From Candidatus Multivoradales bacterium (GTDB lineage Bacteria; Acidobacteriota; Thermoanaerobaculia; Multivoradales; Multivoraceae): 64,000 nt of DNA. The stretch spans positions 896,001-960,000 of the forward strand of contig CBDCWI010000002.1 in NCBI GenBank assembly GCA_965223325.1, in the 5' to 3' direction. The position numbers and the translations under genes are program-made. The notes under the pieces were generated by a model, which was not told the origin of the DNA, searched no databases, and worked only from the letters and a program-made list of their open reading frames with translations. Shown one piece after another: positions 18,031-27,950 of the stretch; positions within the stretch are counted from its first letter, which is position 1, and each line of letters begins with the position of its first letter.

Positions 18031-20178
18031 GTGAGAAGCCAGCCGAAAGATGCCCGCCGCCGGCCCCGTTCTAGGACCGTCCAGCGAGCCGCCTTTGCCG
18101 CCGCGCTCGGCGTGTCGTCTCTCCTGCTGCCTGGGTTGGCGGCGGAGAACATCGACCCGCTGCGCGGCTTCTCGGCCGCCGAAACGGTCAAGCAACGAGA
18201 GCTCGAGGAGCGCTACCGCAGCCTCACGCCGGGAAGCGAACGCTTCCGCGAGCTCCTCGAGACGCTGACCCGGGCGCCACACCCTGCGGGCAGCGCCGCC
18301 AACCGAGCCGTCGCCGATGTCATCGCCAACACCATGGCGAAGGCGGGACTAGAGGTCGAGCGCTATCCCTACGAGATCTATCTGCCGCTTCACGATCAGG
18401 CTTCCGCCTCGGTGGCACTGGTGACTCCTGAACGCTTGCCGCTCAATGCGATGGAGAACGTGCACCCGGCCGACCCCTACTCTGCCCATCCCGACCTGCA
18501 CGGGGGTTGGAACGCCTACTCAGCATCCGGTGAGGTCACCGCGCCAGTGGTCTACGCCAACCATGCACGACGCGAAGACTTCGAACAACTGGCTGAGATG
18601 GGAGTCGAGGTCGCCGGCAAGATCGTTATCGCGCGCTACGGTGGCAACTTTCGTGGCTACAAAGAAAAGTACGCCGCCGACGCCGGAGCCGTCGGGCTGG
18701 TGATCTACAGCGATCCCCGAGACGGCGGCTACCGTAGCGGTCTCGAGTGGCCCGAAGGGCGCCACCTCGACAGCAGCACGATCCAACGCGGTTCGATCCT
18801 CACCCTGCCTTGGACCGGCGACCCCCTGACTCCCTTTGAACCTGCGATCCCTGAGGGCGACCCCCAGCGTCTCGACGTCGGAGACGTCGACCTGCCAACC
18901 ATTCCGGTCACCCCGCTTCCCTGGGGGTCGGCCAGGGAGATCCTCGAACGCATGCAGGGCCTGCCCGCGCCGCGCGACTGGCAAGGTGCCCTGCCCTTTA
19001 CCTATCGGCTGACAGGTGGTGAAGAGCTCACGGTGCGGCTCGCGGTCGACCAGCCTCACGGCATGGTGACGGTCGAGAACGTCGTCGGCTTCCTGCGCGG
19101 TCGCTCGGCACCTGACGAGTGGGCGGTTCTCGGGTCGCACTACGACGCCTGGGAGTTCGGCGCCGTCGATCCCAACGCCGGCACCGCGATGTTGCTGCTG
19201 GTCGCCGAGGCTCTCGGCCAACTCGCCAGTGACGGTTGGCAACCCGAGCGCTCGATCGCGATCGCGCATTGGGACGCCGAAGAGTTCGGCATTATCGGTT
19301 CGGCCGAATGGGTCGAGCAGTTTCGCGACACGTTGACCAGCGGCGGCGTGCTCTACCTCAACGCCGACGGCGCCGTCTCCGGCGGACGCGTTTCGTCGTC
19401 GGCGGCGCCGCCGGTCAAGCAGGCGATCATCGACGCCATGGCGGTCACGGCAACCCCTTCGGGCGAGTCGTTCCAGGAACGCTGGGAGCGCCAGAACGGT
19501 CGCGAGCTCGGCCTAGAGAGCTTTGGCAACCTCGGTGGCGGTTCGGACCACGTCGCCTTCACCACCCACATCGCGATGCCTGCCGCGGGAATCAACGTGT
19601 CGTCCTCGGCGCCGATCTACCACTCGGCCTACGACAACTTCGCCTGGTACGAAAAACACGCCGATACAACCTTCGAGCACGGGCCGGCTCTGGCGCGCCT
19701 CGACGGCACCCTGGCACTTCGTTTTGCCAACGCGACGCTGATTCCCTACGACCTTACCGCCTACGCCGAAGATCTCGACCGCCACACGCGCGCGCTCGAG
19801 AAGCAAGCGGGGCGCGAGTTCACCGACCTCCGGCGTGCTGCTGATCGACTCCGCCGGGCAACTCAGGCGACGGCGCGCAAACTCGCCGCCACTCTCGAAC
19901 GCCCGCTGAGCCAGGCGCGCGCCGCAGAACTCAACCGGCTGCTGCTCGAGATTCCGCGCACACTCGCGCACGACGACGGCATGGGGTTCGGCCCCTGGTA
20001 TCGATCGCTGTGGGCATCACCAGACCCAACCAGCGGCTACGCCTCGTGGATGCTGCCGGGAATACGCTGGGCACTCGATCAGGGAACCGGAGTCGATACC
20101 GAAGAGGCGCGCCTGGTCCGAGCGCTCGACGAAATGACCGCCCGAGTGCGCGAGCTCAACCGGCGCGCGGGCCCCTGA
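18031..20178 (+). CDS. M28 family peptidase (glutamate carboxypeptidase II-like, PA + TfR dimerisation domains)
   Basis: PHPAGS, VIARYGGNFRG, IQRGS, LGSHYDAW, GAVDPNAG, WDAEEFGIIGS, GGSDH and YHSAYD motifs. Start uncertain. Confidence 0.93.
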   Translation: MRSQPKDARRRPRSRTVQRAAFAAALGVSSLLLPGLAAENIDPLRGFSAAETVKQRELEERYRSLTPGSERFRELLETLTRAPHPAGSAANRAVADVIANTMAKAGLEVERYPYEIYLPLHDQASASVALVTPERLPLNAMENVHPADPYSAHPDLHGGWNAYSASGEVTAPVVYANHARREDFEQLAEMGVEVAGKIVIARYGGNFRGYKEKYAADAGAVGLVIYSDPRDGGYRSGLEWPEGRHLDSSTIQRGSILTLPWTGDPLTPFEPAIPEGDPQRLDVGDVDLPTIPVTPLPWGSAREILERMQGLPAPRDWQGALPFTYRLTGGEELTVRLAVDQPHGMVTVENVVGFLRGRSAPDEWAVLGSHYDAWEFGAVDPNAGTAMLLLVAEALGQLASDGWQPERSIAIAHWDAEEFGIIGSAEWVEQFRDTLTSGGVLYLNADGAVSGGRVSSSAAPPVKQAIIDAMAVTATPSGESFQERWERQNGRELGLESFGNLGGGSDHVAFTTHIAMPAAGINVSSSAPIYHSAYDNFAWYEKHADTTFEHGPALARLDGTLALRFANATLIPYDLTAYAEDLDRHTRALEKQAGREFTDLRRAADRLRRATQATARKLAATLERPLSQARAAELNRLLLEIPRTLAHDDGMGFGPWYRSLWASPDPTSGYASWMLPGIRWALDQGTGVDTEEARLVRALDEMTARVRELNRRAGP

Positions 20179-20191
20179 CACCAGAGGGCCA

Positions 20192-21202
20192 ATGAAGAGA
20201 ATCCTCGAGGCCAGGCCGTCGCGCCAACTGCAGCGCGCGCTATGGGGCGGGTTGGTCCTTGCGGCCACGGTGACCTCGCCCGTGGCCGCCCAACCAGAAC
20301 CGCGCCCGAGTCCTACCCGCCCTGCCGAGGCCACGGGACACTCCGCGGAGGCTCCTTCACTCTGGCAACGCGGCACAGCAGCGTGGCAGGCGCGCGCGGA
20401 GAATCATCTGGGCGGCCGGGCGGCCCCGGGACCTATACGGCGAGCCGTCGTGGCGTATCGCGAAGCCCTGGCCATCGAGCCCGACAACCTCGGCACGCGT
20501 ACGCAGCTCTTGCGGGCGCTGTTCTTCGAAGGCGAATACGTACCCATGGACGTAAACGCGCGCAAACGCATCTTCGAGGAGGGGCGCACCGTCTTCGAGA
20601 AGGGCGTCGACCAGTTCGCCGACCGTCATGGCGGCCGCAAGATCTGGAACCGGCTCCCTGCCGAGGAGGTCATCGATCGCTTGCGCCAGGAAGAGGACGC
20701 TCAGGCCGTCGGTGAGTTCTATTTCTTCGGTGCGATTCACTGGGGCCTCTGGGCGCGGTACTTCGGCACCATGGCAGCACTCCGACGCGGCGTCGCGGTC
20801 AGGATCCGCGACAACGGAGAGATCGCCCGTACCCTCTACCCAACCCAACACGACGCCGGACCGCTGCGGCTGCTCGGGCGCATGCACGTGATCGCGCCGC
20901 GGGTTCCGTTGTTCACCGGTTGGATCAACCACCGCCACGGTCTCGAGCTCCTGCGAGCGGCCCATTCCCAAGCGCCCGAAGACCCTCTCAACCGCTTCTT
21001 CCTCGCCGAAGCGATCCTCGAGGTCGACAAGAAGCGCCGCAGCGAAGCGTTCGCGCTCATGTGCTCGGCACTTTCGATGGAGGTGCGGCCGGGCCGGACC
21101 GTCGAAGACATCGATGCCATCGCGCGCTCACGAACGACGCTCCAGAAGTGGGTCGCGCGCGAGCGGCGACGTGGGCGGACGCTTCCGTGCAATCCAGAGT
21201 GA
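20192..21202 (+). CDS. secreted TPR-like helical protein
   Basis: Signal-like N-terminus and TPR-like segments (AYREALAIEPDN, RLLGRMHVIAPRVPLFTGW, APEDPLNRFFLAEA). Confidence 0.7.
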   Translation: MKRILEARPSRQLQRALWGGLVLAATVTSPVAAQPEPRPSPTRPAEATGHSAEAPSLWQRGTAAWQARAENHLGGRAAPGPIRRAVVAYREALAIEPDNLGTRTQLLRALFFEGEYVPMDVNARKRIFEEGRTVFEKGVDQFADRHGGRKIWNRLPAEEVIDRLRQEEDAQAVGEFYFFGAIHWGLWARYFGTMAALRRGVAVRIRDNGEIARTLYPTQHDAGPLRLLGRMHVIAPRVPLFTGWINHRHGLELLRAAHSQAPEDPLNRFFLAEAILEVDKKRRSEAFALMCSALSMEVRPGRTVEDIDAIARSRTTLQKWVARERRRGRTLPCNPE

Positions 21203-22113
21203 AGGACCACTCGGCGAGCGCGGTGCGGGGCCCGGACCACACGTGTGCCTGCTGCCAGCAGAGCCTGCAGCCGGCGTTCGAGGTCAACCGCCATCAAGTG
21301 ATGGAGTGCTCGCAGTGCGGCCACCAACAACTCATAGCGCTCGAAACAAGCGCTGCGCGGCGGAAGTTGATCGCTTCGATTTATGACGATCGCTACTTCG
21401 CGGGCGGCGGCGACGGATACCCCGACTATCCGGCCGAGGAAGACCAGCTCCAGGTTCGCGGTTCACAGTACGCCCGGGTGCTCCGCCGTCATGGTCATCG
21501 CCAGGGTCGCCTCCTCGACGTTGGGTGTGCCGCCGGGTTTCTGCTCGCCGGCTTGACCGCCGAGGCAACCACCGACTTCACCGGCCTTGGCATCGATCCG
21601 AACCGCACCATGGTCGAACTCGGACGCAAGAGGGGTCTCGACCTCGAGGTCACAACGCTCGAAGACCTCGGCGCCGAGACCGAACCCTTCGATGGCGCGC
21701 TCCTGGTACAAGTCATCGCGCACTTCGACCGACCGCAAGACGCCCTGGCTCGCCTCGCAACCAGGGTAAAAGCCGGCAAACCCGTGCTCGTCGAGACCTG
21801 GGATCGGCATAGCGTGACCGCCAGGGCGTTTGGAAAACGGTGGCACGAGTACAGTCCGCCGAGCGTGCGCCACTGGTTCACCCGCACCAGCCTCGACACC
21901 CTCATGACCCGTACCGGTTTCGAGCACCGTGCCAGCGGACGCCCGTCCAGGCGACTGCGCCTCGCGCACGCAGCATCGCTTCTCGGCCACAAGCTCGGTT
22001 TCGCCCGCGATGGAAAACTAGTGGCCTGGACCCGGCGGATTCCCCAATGGGCGTGGCTGCCGTACCCCGGTGACGACCTCTTCTGGGCGCTCTACGAGCG
22101 TCGCGAGCCGTAG
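21199..22113 (+). CDS. class I SAM-dependent methyltransferase with N-terminal zinc ribbon
   Basis: CACC and CSQCG pairs, LLDVGCAAGF and VIAHF motifs. GTGA overlap with the upstream gene. Confidence 0.85.
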   Translation: MKDHSASAVRGPDHTCACCQQSLQPAFEVNRHQVMECSQCGHQQLIALETSAARRKLIASIYDDRYFAGGGDGYPDYPAEEDQLQVRGSQYARVLRRHGHRQGRLLDVGCAAGFLLAGLTAEATTDFTGLGIDPNRTMVELGRKRGLDLEVTTLEDLGAETEPFDGALLVQVIAHFDRPQDALARLATRVKAGKPVLVETWDRHSVTARAFGKRWHEYSPPSVRHWFTRTSLDTLMTRTGFEHRASGRPSRRLRLAHAASLLGHKLGFARDGKLVAWTRRIPQWAWLPYPGDDLFWALYERREP

Positions 22114-22126
22114 TACCGCTACTCGC

Positions 22127-23440
22127 CTACTCGTCGGGGGCCGCGAGCCGCGCGCGCCGCTCAGCAAGACTCTTGGGCAACAGGATCCAATAGCGCCCGC
22201 GCCCCTTCATGCGCCCGGCAAGGTCGGCCGCGCGCTCGCCAAAGCCGAAGAACACATCACCGCGCACCGGACCGCGAATCGCACCCCCGGTGTCTTGAGC
22301 AACCATCAACCGGCGCAGTCGAACGTTCTCACCAGGCAAAGGAAGCGGCTGGTCGGGAACCGCAGGTTTCGGCATCCGCGTGTCGAGCCAGATGGGAACC
22401 CCCATCGGCAAGAACCGGCGATCCACCGCGAGCGAGCGGCCGGCAGTGAGCGCCACGCCCTGACTCCCGAGCGGACCGTCTCCCCTCAGTTCGCGAAAAA
22501 ACACGAAGGAGCGGTTGAGATCCAACAGGCGATCGAGCTCCTCGGGGTTGTCTTCGAGCCACCCCCGAATCGCCTGCATCGACATGCGCGGACGCGGCAC
22601 CTCGCCCCAGTCGATCAGCGCCCGCCCAACGGCAAAGTACTCATGCCCGTTCTGCCCGGCATAACCCACCCGCATCTGGGTTCCGTCTTCGAATTGCACG
22701 CGTCCAGAGCCCTGCACATGGAGAAAAAACACATCGACCGGATCGTCGACCCACACCAACTCGAGACCGCGCCCGCCGAGCGCACCCTGCGCGATCTCCG
22801 CCCGATCGAAGTACGGCACAAAGCGCCGACCAGCGATGCGCCCGGCCACCTTGCGACCAGCAAGGTCGTCACGAAAGGCACCGAGCTCGACCGTCACCAT
22901 GTCGCGCGGCGGCCGATAGAGCGGAAAACGATAGCGCTCTGTCTGGATCCGCGAACCAAAGAGCAGAGGCTCGTAGTAGCCGGTGAACAACCCCATCCCG
23001 TCGTCACCATCGAGCGCTCGAAACGGCCGGAACCACTCCTCGAACAAACCTCGCGCCGCCGCATGATCCGTCGCATCCCCAGCCAGCACCGCCCGACATG
23101 CCGCGCGCCAGTCACCCATGCGCCCACCCACCTCTCGAGGCTTGAGCTCTCGATGGTCAGGCACGAGGGCAAAGCGCCGACAACTGCGCTGCAGTGCGGC
23201 CAGCGCAAAGCCATGCTTGTCGCCTTCCCAGCCCGGCAGGTCGGCCCAGACCTCCGGCCGCAGATCCAACCGCACCTCCCCCTTCTCCTCTTCCGCAGGA
23301 GGCACCACCAGCTGAGCAATCTCTCCCTCCGCCTCGGCCGCGACTCGCACTGCCCGATCGCGCGCCAGCAACAGCAGCACCGTCGAGATCGCCACCAGCG
23401 CCAACACCCGCCACCAATTCACCCGCAGCTCAGCCACCAA
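22127..23440 (-). CDS. mltA: membrane-bound lytic murein transglycosylase A
   Basis: GLFTGYYEP, FFLHVQGSG, YAGQNGH, RSLAVD and the 3D-domain AQDTGGAIRGPVRGDVFFG. Confidence 0.95.
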   Translation of the reverse strand: MVAELRVNWWRVLALVAISTVLLLLARDRAVRVAAEAEGEIAQLVVPPAEEEKGEVRLDLRPEVWADLPGWEGDKHGFALAALQRSCRRFALVPDHRELKPREVGGRMGDWRAACRAVLAGDATDHAAARGLFEEWFRPFRALDGDDGMGLFTGYYEPLLFGSRIQTERYRFPLYRPPRDMVTVELGAFRDDLAGRKVAGRIAGRRFVPYFDRAEIAQGALGGRGLELVWVDDPVDVFFLHVQGSGRVQFEDGTQMRVGYAGQNGHEYFAVGRALIDWGEVPRPRMSMQAIRGWLEDNPEELDRLLDLNRSFVFFRELRGDGPLGSQGVALTAGRSLAVDRRFLPMGVPIWLDTRMPKPAVPDQPLPLPGENVRLRRLMVAQDTGGAIRGPVRGDVFFGFGERAADLAGRMKGRGRYWILLPKSLAERRARLAAPDE

Positions 23441-23540
23441 GAAACCTCAAATCGCGAACGATCGATATAATTCACATTGATTTCCGTTCCCCTCGTGCCC
23501 AACAGACCAACGCCTCACCAGGCAGTCGAAAGGTTCTCCC

Positions 23541-23807
23541 ATGGCTTTCCCCGGCGGCAGCGCCTACACCATGTCCCACCAGATCTCCGAAGGCTACATC
23601 CTGGTCACCGATCGCACCTGGTCACGGATGAACAAGCAAGAACTCGACAAGCTCACCTTCGAGTTTCAGAAGCTACTGCGTGAGTTGCGCGCCAACCAAC
23701 CAGACGGCGACGACACGATGGCCATTCAAAAGCGCAACCGCAAGATCTCACGCGTCAACACCTCGATGTCCATGCTGAAGTCGTATCGCCTCCGCCGCAA
23801 GGTGTAG
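23541..23807 (+). CDS. small basic hypothetical protein (88 aa)
   Basis: Helical, Lys/Arg-rich ORF with coding-like codon usage. TATAAT at 23466-23471 lies upstream. Confidence 0.75.
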   Translation: MAFPGGSAYTMSHQISEGYILVTDRTWSRMNKQELDKLTFEFQKLLRELRANQPDGDDTMAIQKRNRKISRVNTSMSMLKSYRLRRKV

Positions 23808-23918
23808 CGGGGGCCATGGTGGTGCGGCCTCTGTGAAGCGTTGCGTGAGCGGGTAGCGCGTTACGGTTGGGGGTGCGACCGCGCGATGTCGGTGCGTGGT
23901 TACCATGGCCCCCGCTAC
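23804..23918. repeat. REPIN/MITE-like element with perfect 17-bp terminal inverted repeats
   Basis: GTAGCGGGGGCCATGGT (23804-23820) pairs with ACCATGGCCCCCGCTAC (23902-23918). Confidence 0.75.
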
Positions 23919-24272
23919 CGTCACTCTTGCGGCGCAAGCGCTACATAGCGCGGGCCGAATGCCTCGGCGCACGCCCTGCTGCTCCCCTCGATGCCTTCGA
24001 AAGACCGGCGCGCGCCGCGGATTCCGGGCTCCGTTGAAACTCCTGTTCCGTGCTAACGCCCGCCGTCCTGCCAAACCTGATGGGTTTCGGCCTCTGTGAG
24101 GCCTTGCGTAGGCGGGTAGCGCGTTACGGTTGGGGGTGCGACCGCGCGATGTCGGTGCGTGGTTGCCATGGCCCCCGCTACCGTCACTCTTGCGGCGCAA
24201 GCGCTCCAACCCGCCGGCCGACCACCTCGGCGCACGCCCTGCTGAGGCCACCGATGCCTTCGAACGGCCGGC
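23825..24272. repeat. two diverged direct copies of a ~185-bp non-coding unit (23825-~24008 and 24088-~24272)
   Basis: Both copies start CGGCCTCTGTGA and share a near-identical core (GCGGGTAGCGCGTTACGGTTGGGGGTGCGACC...CTTGCGGCGCAAGCGCT). Offset is 263 bp. Confidence 0.9.
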
Positions 24273-24353
24273 ATCGAGGACCAGGGTTCTCTTGACGGGT
24301 GCCGCACCGGGGACCTGGACTGTAGGTCTCCCTGGGGCAGCGGGGAACCGATC

Positions 24354-25340
24354 TCAGAACTGCGTGTGGAGGGGGGTTGAAAGCGCGAGATCGCCGAAGC
24401 GGTTGTCCTCGACCGGGTCCTTGAAGGTCAGCACCGGGGCTGGGCACTTGCTCAGCACCCGGACGGCGACGCTGCCGTGGACGAAGTAGCCGAGGCCGCG
24501 CCGACTCCGGCTGGCGAGAATCACGAGCTGGATCTCACCTTCCTCGACGCGGCGTAGGATCTCGCGGCCGGGGTCGCCTTCTGACACTCGAACCGTGCAG
24601 CGATCGGGGTCGATCCCGGAACTGGCACACAACGCATCGAGCCGTTCTCTCGACTCCTTGCGGAGTTCCTCCGTGGTTTCAAGTGGAATCTCGGGTAGGG
24701 CTTCGTAGACCACCGGAATCATCGGGGGTTGGACCACGTGCAGGAGTTCGACCTCGGCGCCGGTCCAGGCCGAGAATCGTTCGGCGTGGGCAATGGCGTC
24801 TTTGGCGTGGTCCTCGAAGTCGATGGGGACGAGAATGCTGCCGTGCGAAAAGCGGTCGCTGTGTTCGGTTTCGTACTTCTCGGCCCGCTCGGCGGCGCCT
24901 TCGGCCTGCACAGTCATCACCGGGATGTCGGCGAAGCGCACCACCTCCTCTGTCACGCTCCCGAGAAACAGCCTCTGTAGACCGCGGAGGCCGCGAGTCG
25001 CCATGACGATGAGGTCGATGTGGTTTTGTTCCGCGTAGAGGAGAATCTCAGCGCCGGCTGCTACAGCCTGGCGAGCTGCGCGATGAATCACGAGATCGGT
25101 CTGAGGGGCGGTGTCAATCAGGCGATCGACGAGCTCAGTGGTTCGCGCGGCGAGAGCATCCGTTAGTTCAGCGTGACCAGGTAGATCCGAGAGCGTGACT
25201 GGTTGCGAGTGCATCTCCTGCACTGTGAGGATGTGAAGGTCAGCGCCGAAGCCCCGCGCGATCTGAATCGCGTGCGAAAGTGCCGACTTCGAAGCATCCG
25301 AAAGATCGGTAGGAAAGAGGACGTGCTGAGGGGCCTTCAT
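24354..25340 (-). CDS. universal stress protein (tandem UspA domains)
   Basis: VLFPTDLS, DLIVMATRG..LFLGSVTEEVVR, and a second domain ILVPIDF...HGSVAVRVL. Confidence 0.92.
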   Translation of the reverse strand: MKAPQHVLFPTDLSDASKSALSHAIQIARGFGADLHILTVQEMHSQPVTLSDLPGHAELTDALAARTTELVDRLIDTAPQTDLVIHRAARQAVAAGAEILLYAEQNHIDLIVMATRGLRGLQRLFLGSVTEEVVRFADIPVMTVQAEGAAERAEKYETEHSDRFSHGSILVPIDFEDHAKDAIAHAERFSAWTGAEVELLHVVQPPMIPVVYEALPEIPLETTEELRKESRERLDALCASSGIDPDRCTVRVSEGDPGREILRRVEEGEIQLVILASRSRRGLGYFVHGSVAVRVLSKCPAPVLTFKDPVEDNRFGDLALSTPLHTQF

Positions 25341-25406
25341 ACTGAACCTCCGGTGCCGGCTTCTCCCGCCCGACGTTTCAGGGGACGGTTGAGCCAGGCA
25401 GATGAA

Positions 25407-26333
25407 TCAAAGGGTTTCGGCGGCGCGCCGTTCGTCGAACACTGCGAGGGCCCGGGGCGGGAGCAGGAACAACGCGCACGGAGAGTGAGAGGCAAGGCGC
25501 CGGGTCACTCTCCCGACCGTCTTCTTGCCGTGATCCTGTGCTCCCGCGACGATCAGGTCGGCCTCTTCTGCCCACGCCACGTCGGACAGGGCTTGATCGG
25601 GTTGACCCGTGACCACCGCAGCACGTACGGGCTGGCCCGCGAGTTGCCGACCCTGTTGCTCCAGCTCCTCGATGCGCCTGGCGACCAGGGTGGGGCCGAG
25701 AGTGTCGTCGACCTGAAGGATGGAAAGGGTGGGAGGGGATGGAGCCTTCCTGGTCTCGAAGGCCATCGCCGCGCACCATTCGAGGGCGAGCTGGACCGCG
25801 GCCCAGGAAGCGTGCGAACCGTCGACGGCACCGAGAACGGTGCGTGGGGGCACAACCCCGCGGCCTCGAACGACGAGGATCGGCCGCGAACATTCGCGCA
25901 GTAGGCCTTTGAGGGTCGTTCCTAGCGCGCCGCGCTTCAGGACACCAGGCTCTGCGGGGCCAACCACAATGGTTCCGGCACCGACCGCACGTGCCACTGT
26001 GCGCAGCGCTTCGTCCGACGGACCGACGTGAATGTGATGAGAGGCAAGCGGGGGGTCTTCGATGGCGGCGGTGAGCCGCTGAACCTGGTCTTGCCCCTCT
26101 TTGTGAACTCGGGCCTTGAGCTTGTCGAGCGAGAGCAGATCGCCTGAGCGGCCTGTGCGGGCCTGATATCGCATCGGAGTGAGAGCGTGAACGACCTCTA
26201 CCGGCACGCGCAAAGAGCGTCCGATCTCCAGGGCCGTAAGGACCACGAAATCGGAGTCCGCCGCCAGACTGGTGCCGACGACGATCGGATCGGCCGTCCA
26301 CGGGGCCGCGCCTCTCGACTTGCTAGTCACCAT
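25407..26333 (-). CDS. universal stress protein (tandem UspA domains)
   Basis: IVVGTSL, LGTTLKGLLRECSRPILVV, VLGAVDGS and ADLIVAG..VGRVTRRL motifs. Confidence 0.85.
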   Translation of the reverse strand: MVTSKSRGAAPWTADPIVVGTSLAADSDFVVLTALEIGRSLRVPVEVVHALTPMRYQARTGRSGDLLSLDKLKARVHKEGQDQVQRLTAAIEDPPLASHHIHVGPSDEALRTVARAVGAGTIVVGPAEPGVLKRGALGTTLKGLLRECSRPILVVRGRGVVPPRTVLGAVDGSHASWAAVQLALEWCAAMAFETRKAPSPPTLSILQVDDTLGPTLVARRIEELEQQGRQLAGQPVRAAVVTGQPDQALSDVAWAEEADLIVAGAQDHGKKTVGRVTRRLASHSPCALFLLPPRALAVFDERRAAETL

Positions 26334-26431
26334 AGAGGCAGCCTACGGTCATTGATCTCGTCCACCCATCGTGAGACTCCCGGAAAGCCCCTGCGGAAAG
26401 CCGCAGCCTGGTCGCCTCGCCCCACGACATC

Positions 26432-27949
26432 TCATGCAGAACGCAAGCGGGCAACGCCCGACCCGACGACGACAATCGTCAAGGTACCAAGGACGATCGT
26501 CATGTTCGCGTGCAGAGGACTGGCGAGCCAGGCCAGGTCGCCGACGAGTCGTGGCGACAGCGATAGATAGAGAATCACCGCCACGCCAGCCAGGACTGCG
26601 AAGAGTGCATCGGCAGCCCGCGAGCGTCGCGCCAACAGCCCCAGTAGAAACAGGCCCAGCATGCCCCCGGCGAAGATCCCCGACAGCGTCCACCAGGCAT
26701 CGAGCAGACTGCTGGTGCCGATCATCAAGAGGGCAGCACCTGTCCCCAGTAAGCCCATCGCACCCGTGGCAATACGCAACACCGCCATCGACGCACCTTC
26801 ACTCTGACGCCCCTGCCAACCCTCGACGAAGTCCGACAGGATGACCGTCGCCGAACCGTTCAGGCTGGTATCGATACTGCTCATCGCGGCCGCCAACAAG
26901 GCGGCAAGCACCAGGCCCCCCACCCCCGGCGGGAGCCGGTTGACCAGGAAGTGTGGGAAGGCCCGGTCGCCAATGCGCGCCTCCAGGTCCTCGATCGGCA
27001 CGGCGCGGTCGAGCTCGCCCACCATGACTTCGGCGACGAGATCGGCGCGCGCCTCCGGATGGGTTTCGTACCAGGCAAACAGACCAGACCCGAGAAAAAA
27101 GAACAGTGCCGAGATCGGCAGATAGAGCGCCGCCGCCAACCAGACCGAGCGCCGCGCCTCCTTCTCCGAGCGTGCCACGTGATACCGCTGCACGTAGCTC
27201 TGGTCGATCCCGAAGTTGGTGAGGTTGATGAACAACCCGTAGACCAGCACCACCCAGACCGTCGACTGCCGCGGGTCGAGAGACCACGAACCCAGCGACC
27301 AGCGCTCGGCGTCGGCTGCCACCGCGAATAGCTCTCCCGCACCTCCCGGCATATCAGTGAGAAGGATCACCGCCACCAGGAGCGCTCCTAAGGTGAGCAC
27401 GACGCTCTGGGCAACGTCGGTGAAAATCACTGCCGCCACTCCACCGATCCAGGAGTAGGCGGTCACCAGGAGGCCCGTGGCGAGAATGATCGCCGCCGGT
27501 GACCAGCCGGTCAGCGCGCCAAGTGCCAACGCAACCCCGAACAGAATCGTGGCGACGCGCGCTACCTGCGTCGCCAGGTAACAGGTCGTCGCGTAGAGCC
27601 TCGCCCAGCGCCCGAAGCGGTTCTCGAGATGAGCGTAGGCCGAAACTTCGCCGCTTTGACGATAGAACGGCACGAAGTAGCGCACGGCCAGAAACGCCGC
27701 CAGCGGAAGCGACAGCGAGAACACGAACGCGTTCCAGTTGGTCGAGAACGCTTTACCGGGAACCCCCAGAAAGGTGTTGCTCGATAGAAACGTGCCAAAA
27801 ATCGAAAGCCCGACGATCCAACCGGGCAAGGCGCCGTCGGCCACCGTGAAACCGCTGCGGGTCTGTGCTGTGCGCCAGAACCAGGCACCGAAAGCGACCG
27901 TTCCCAGGACCCAGACGACGAGAACGATGAGGTCGAGACTGCCGAGCAA
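26432..27949 (-). CDS. sodium:solute symporter (SSS family)
   Basis: GLSIFGTFLSSNTFLG, AYAHLENRFG, AVIFTDVAQ, DQSYVQRY and AAAMSSIDTSLN motifs. Probable TTG start at 27949. Confidence 0.92.
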   Translation of the reverse strand: MLGSLDLIVLVVWVLGTVAFGAWFWRTAQTRSGFTVADGALPGWIVGLSIFGTFLSSNTFLGVPGKAFSTNWNAFVFSLSLPLAAFLAVRYFVPFYRQSGEVSAYAHLENRFGRWARLYATTCYLATQVARVATILFGVALALGALTGWSPAAIILATGLLVTAYSWIGGVAAVIFTDVAQSVVLTLGALLVAVILLTDMPGGAGELFAVAADAERWSLGSWSLDPRQSTVWVVLVYGLFINLTNFGIDQSYVQRYHVARSEKEARRSVWLAAALYLPISALFFFLGSGLFAWYETHPEARADLVAEVMVGELDRAVPIEDLEARIGDRAFPHFLVNRLPPGVGGLVLAALLAAAMSSIDTSLNGSATVILSDFVEGWQGRQSEGASMAVLRIATGAMGLLGTGAALLMIGTSSLLDAWWTLSGIFAGGMLGLFLLGLLARRSRAADALFAVLAGVAVILYLSLSPRLVGDLAWLASPLHANMTIVLGTLTIVVVGSGVARLRSA

Positions 27950-27950
27950 G

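Noticed and set aside
17773-18191. Apparent 400-nt overlap of divergent genes
   Set aside because: This is an artefact of taking the longest ORFs. Plausible starts at 17951 (minus) and about 18031 (plus) remove the overlap.
22127-23440. C/A-rich strand skew over mltA as a sign of foreign DNA
   Set aside because: It is explained by G-rich codon usage on the minus strand. There are no mobility genes or boundary repeats.
23825-24272. Possible CRISPR array
   Set aside because: There are only two long units, no repeat-spacer periodicity and no cas genes.
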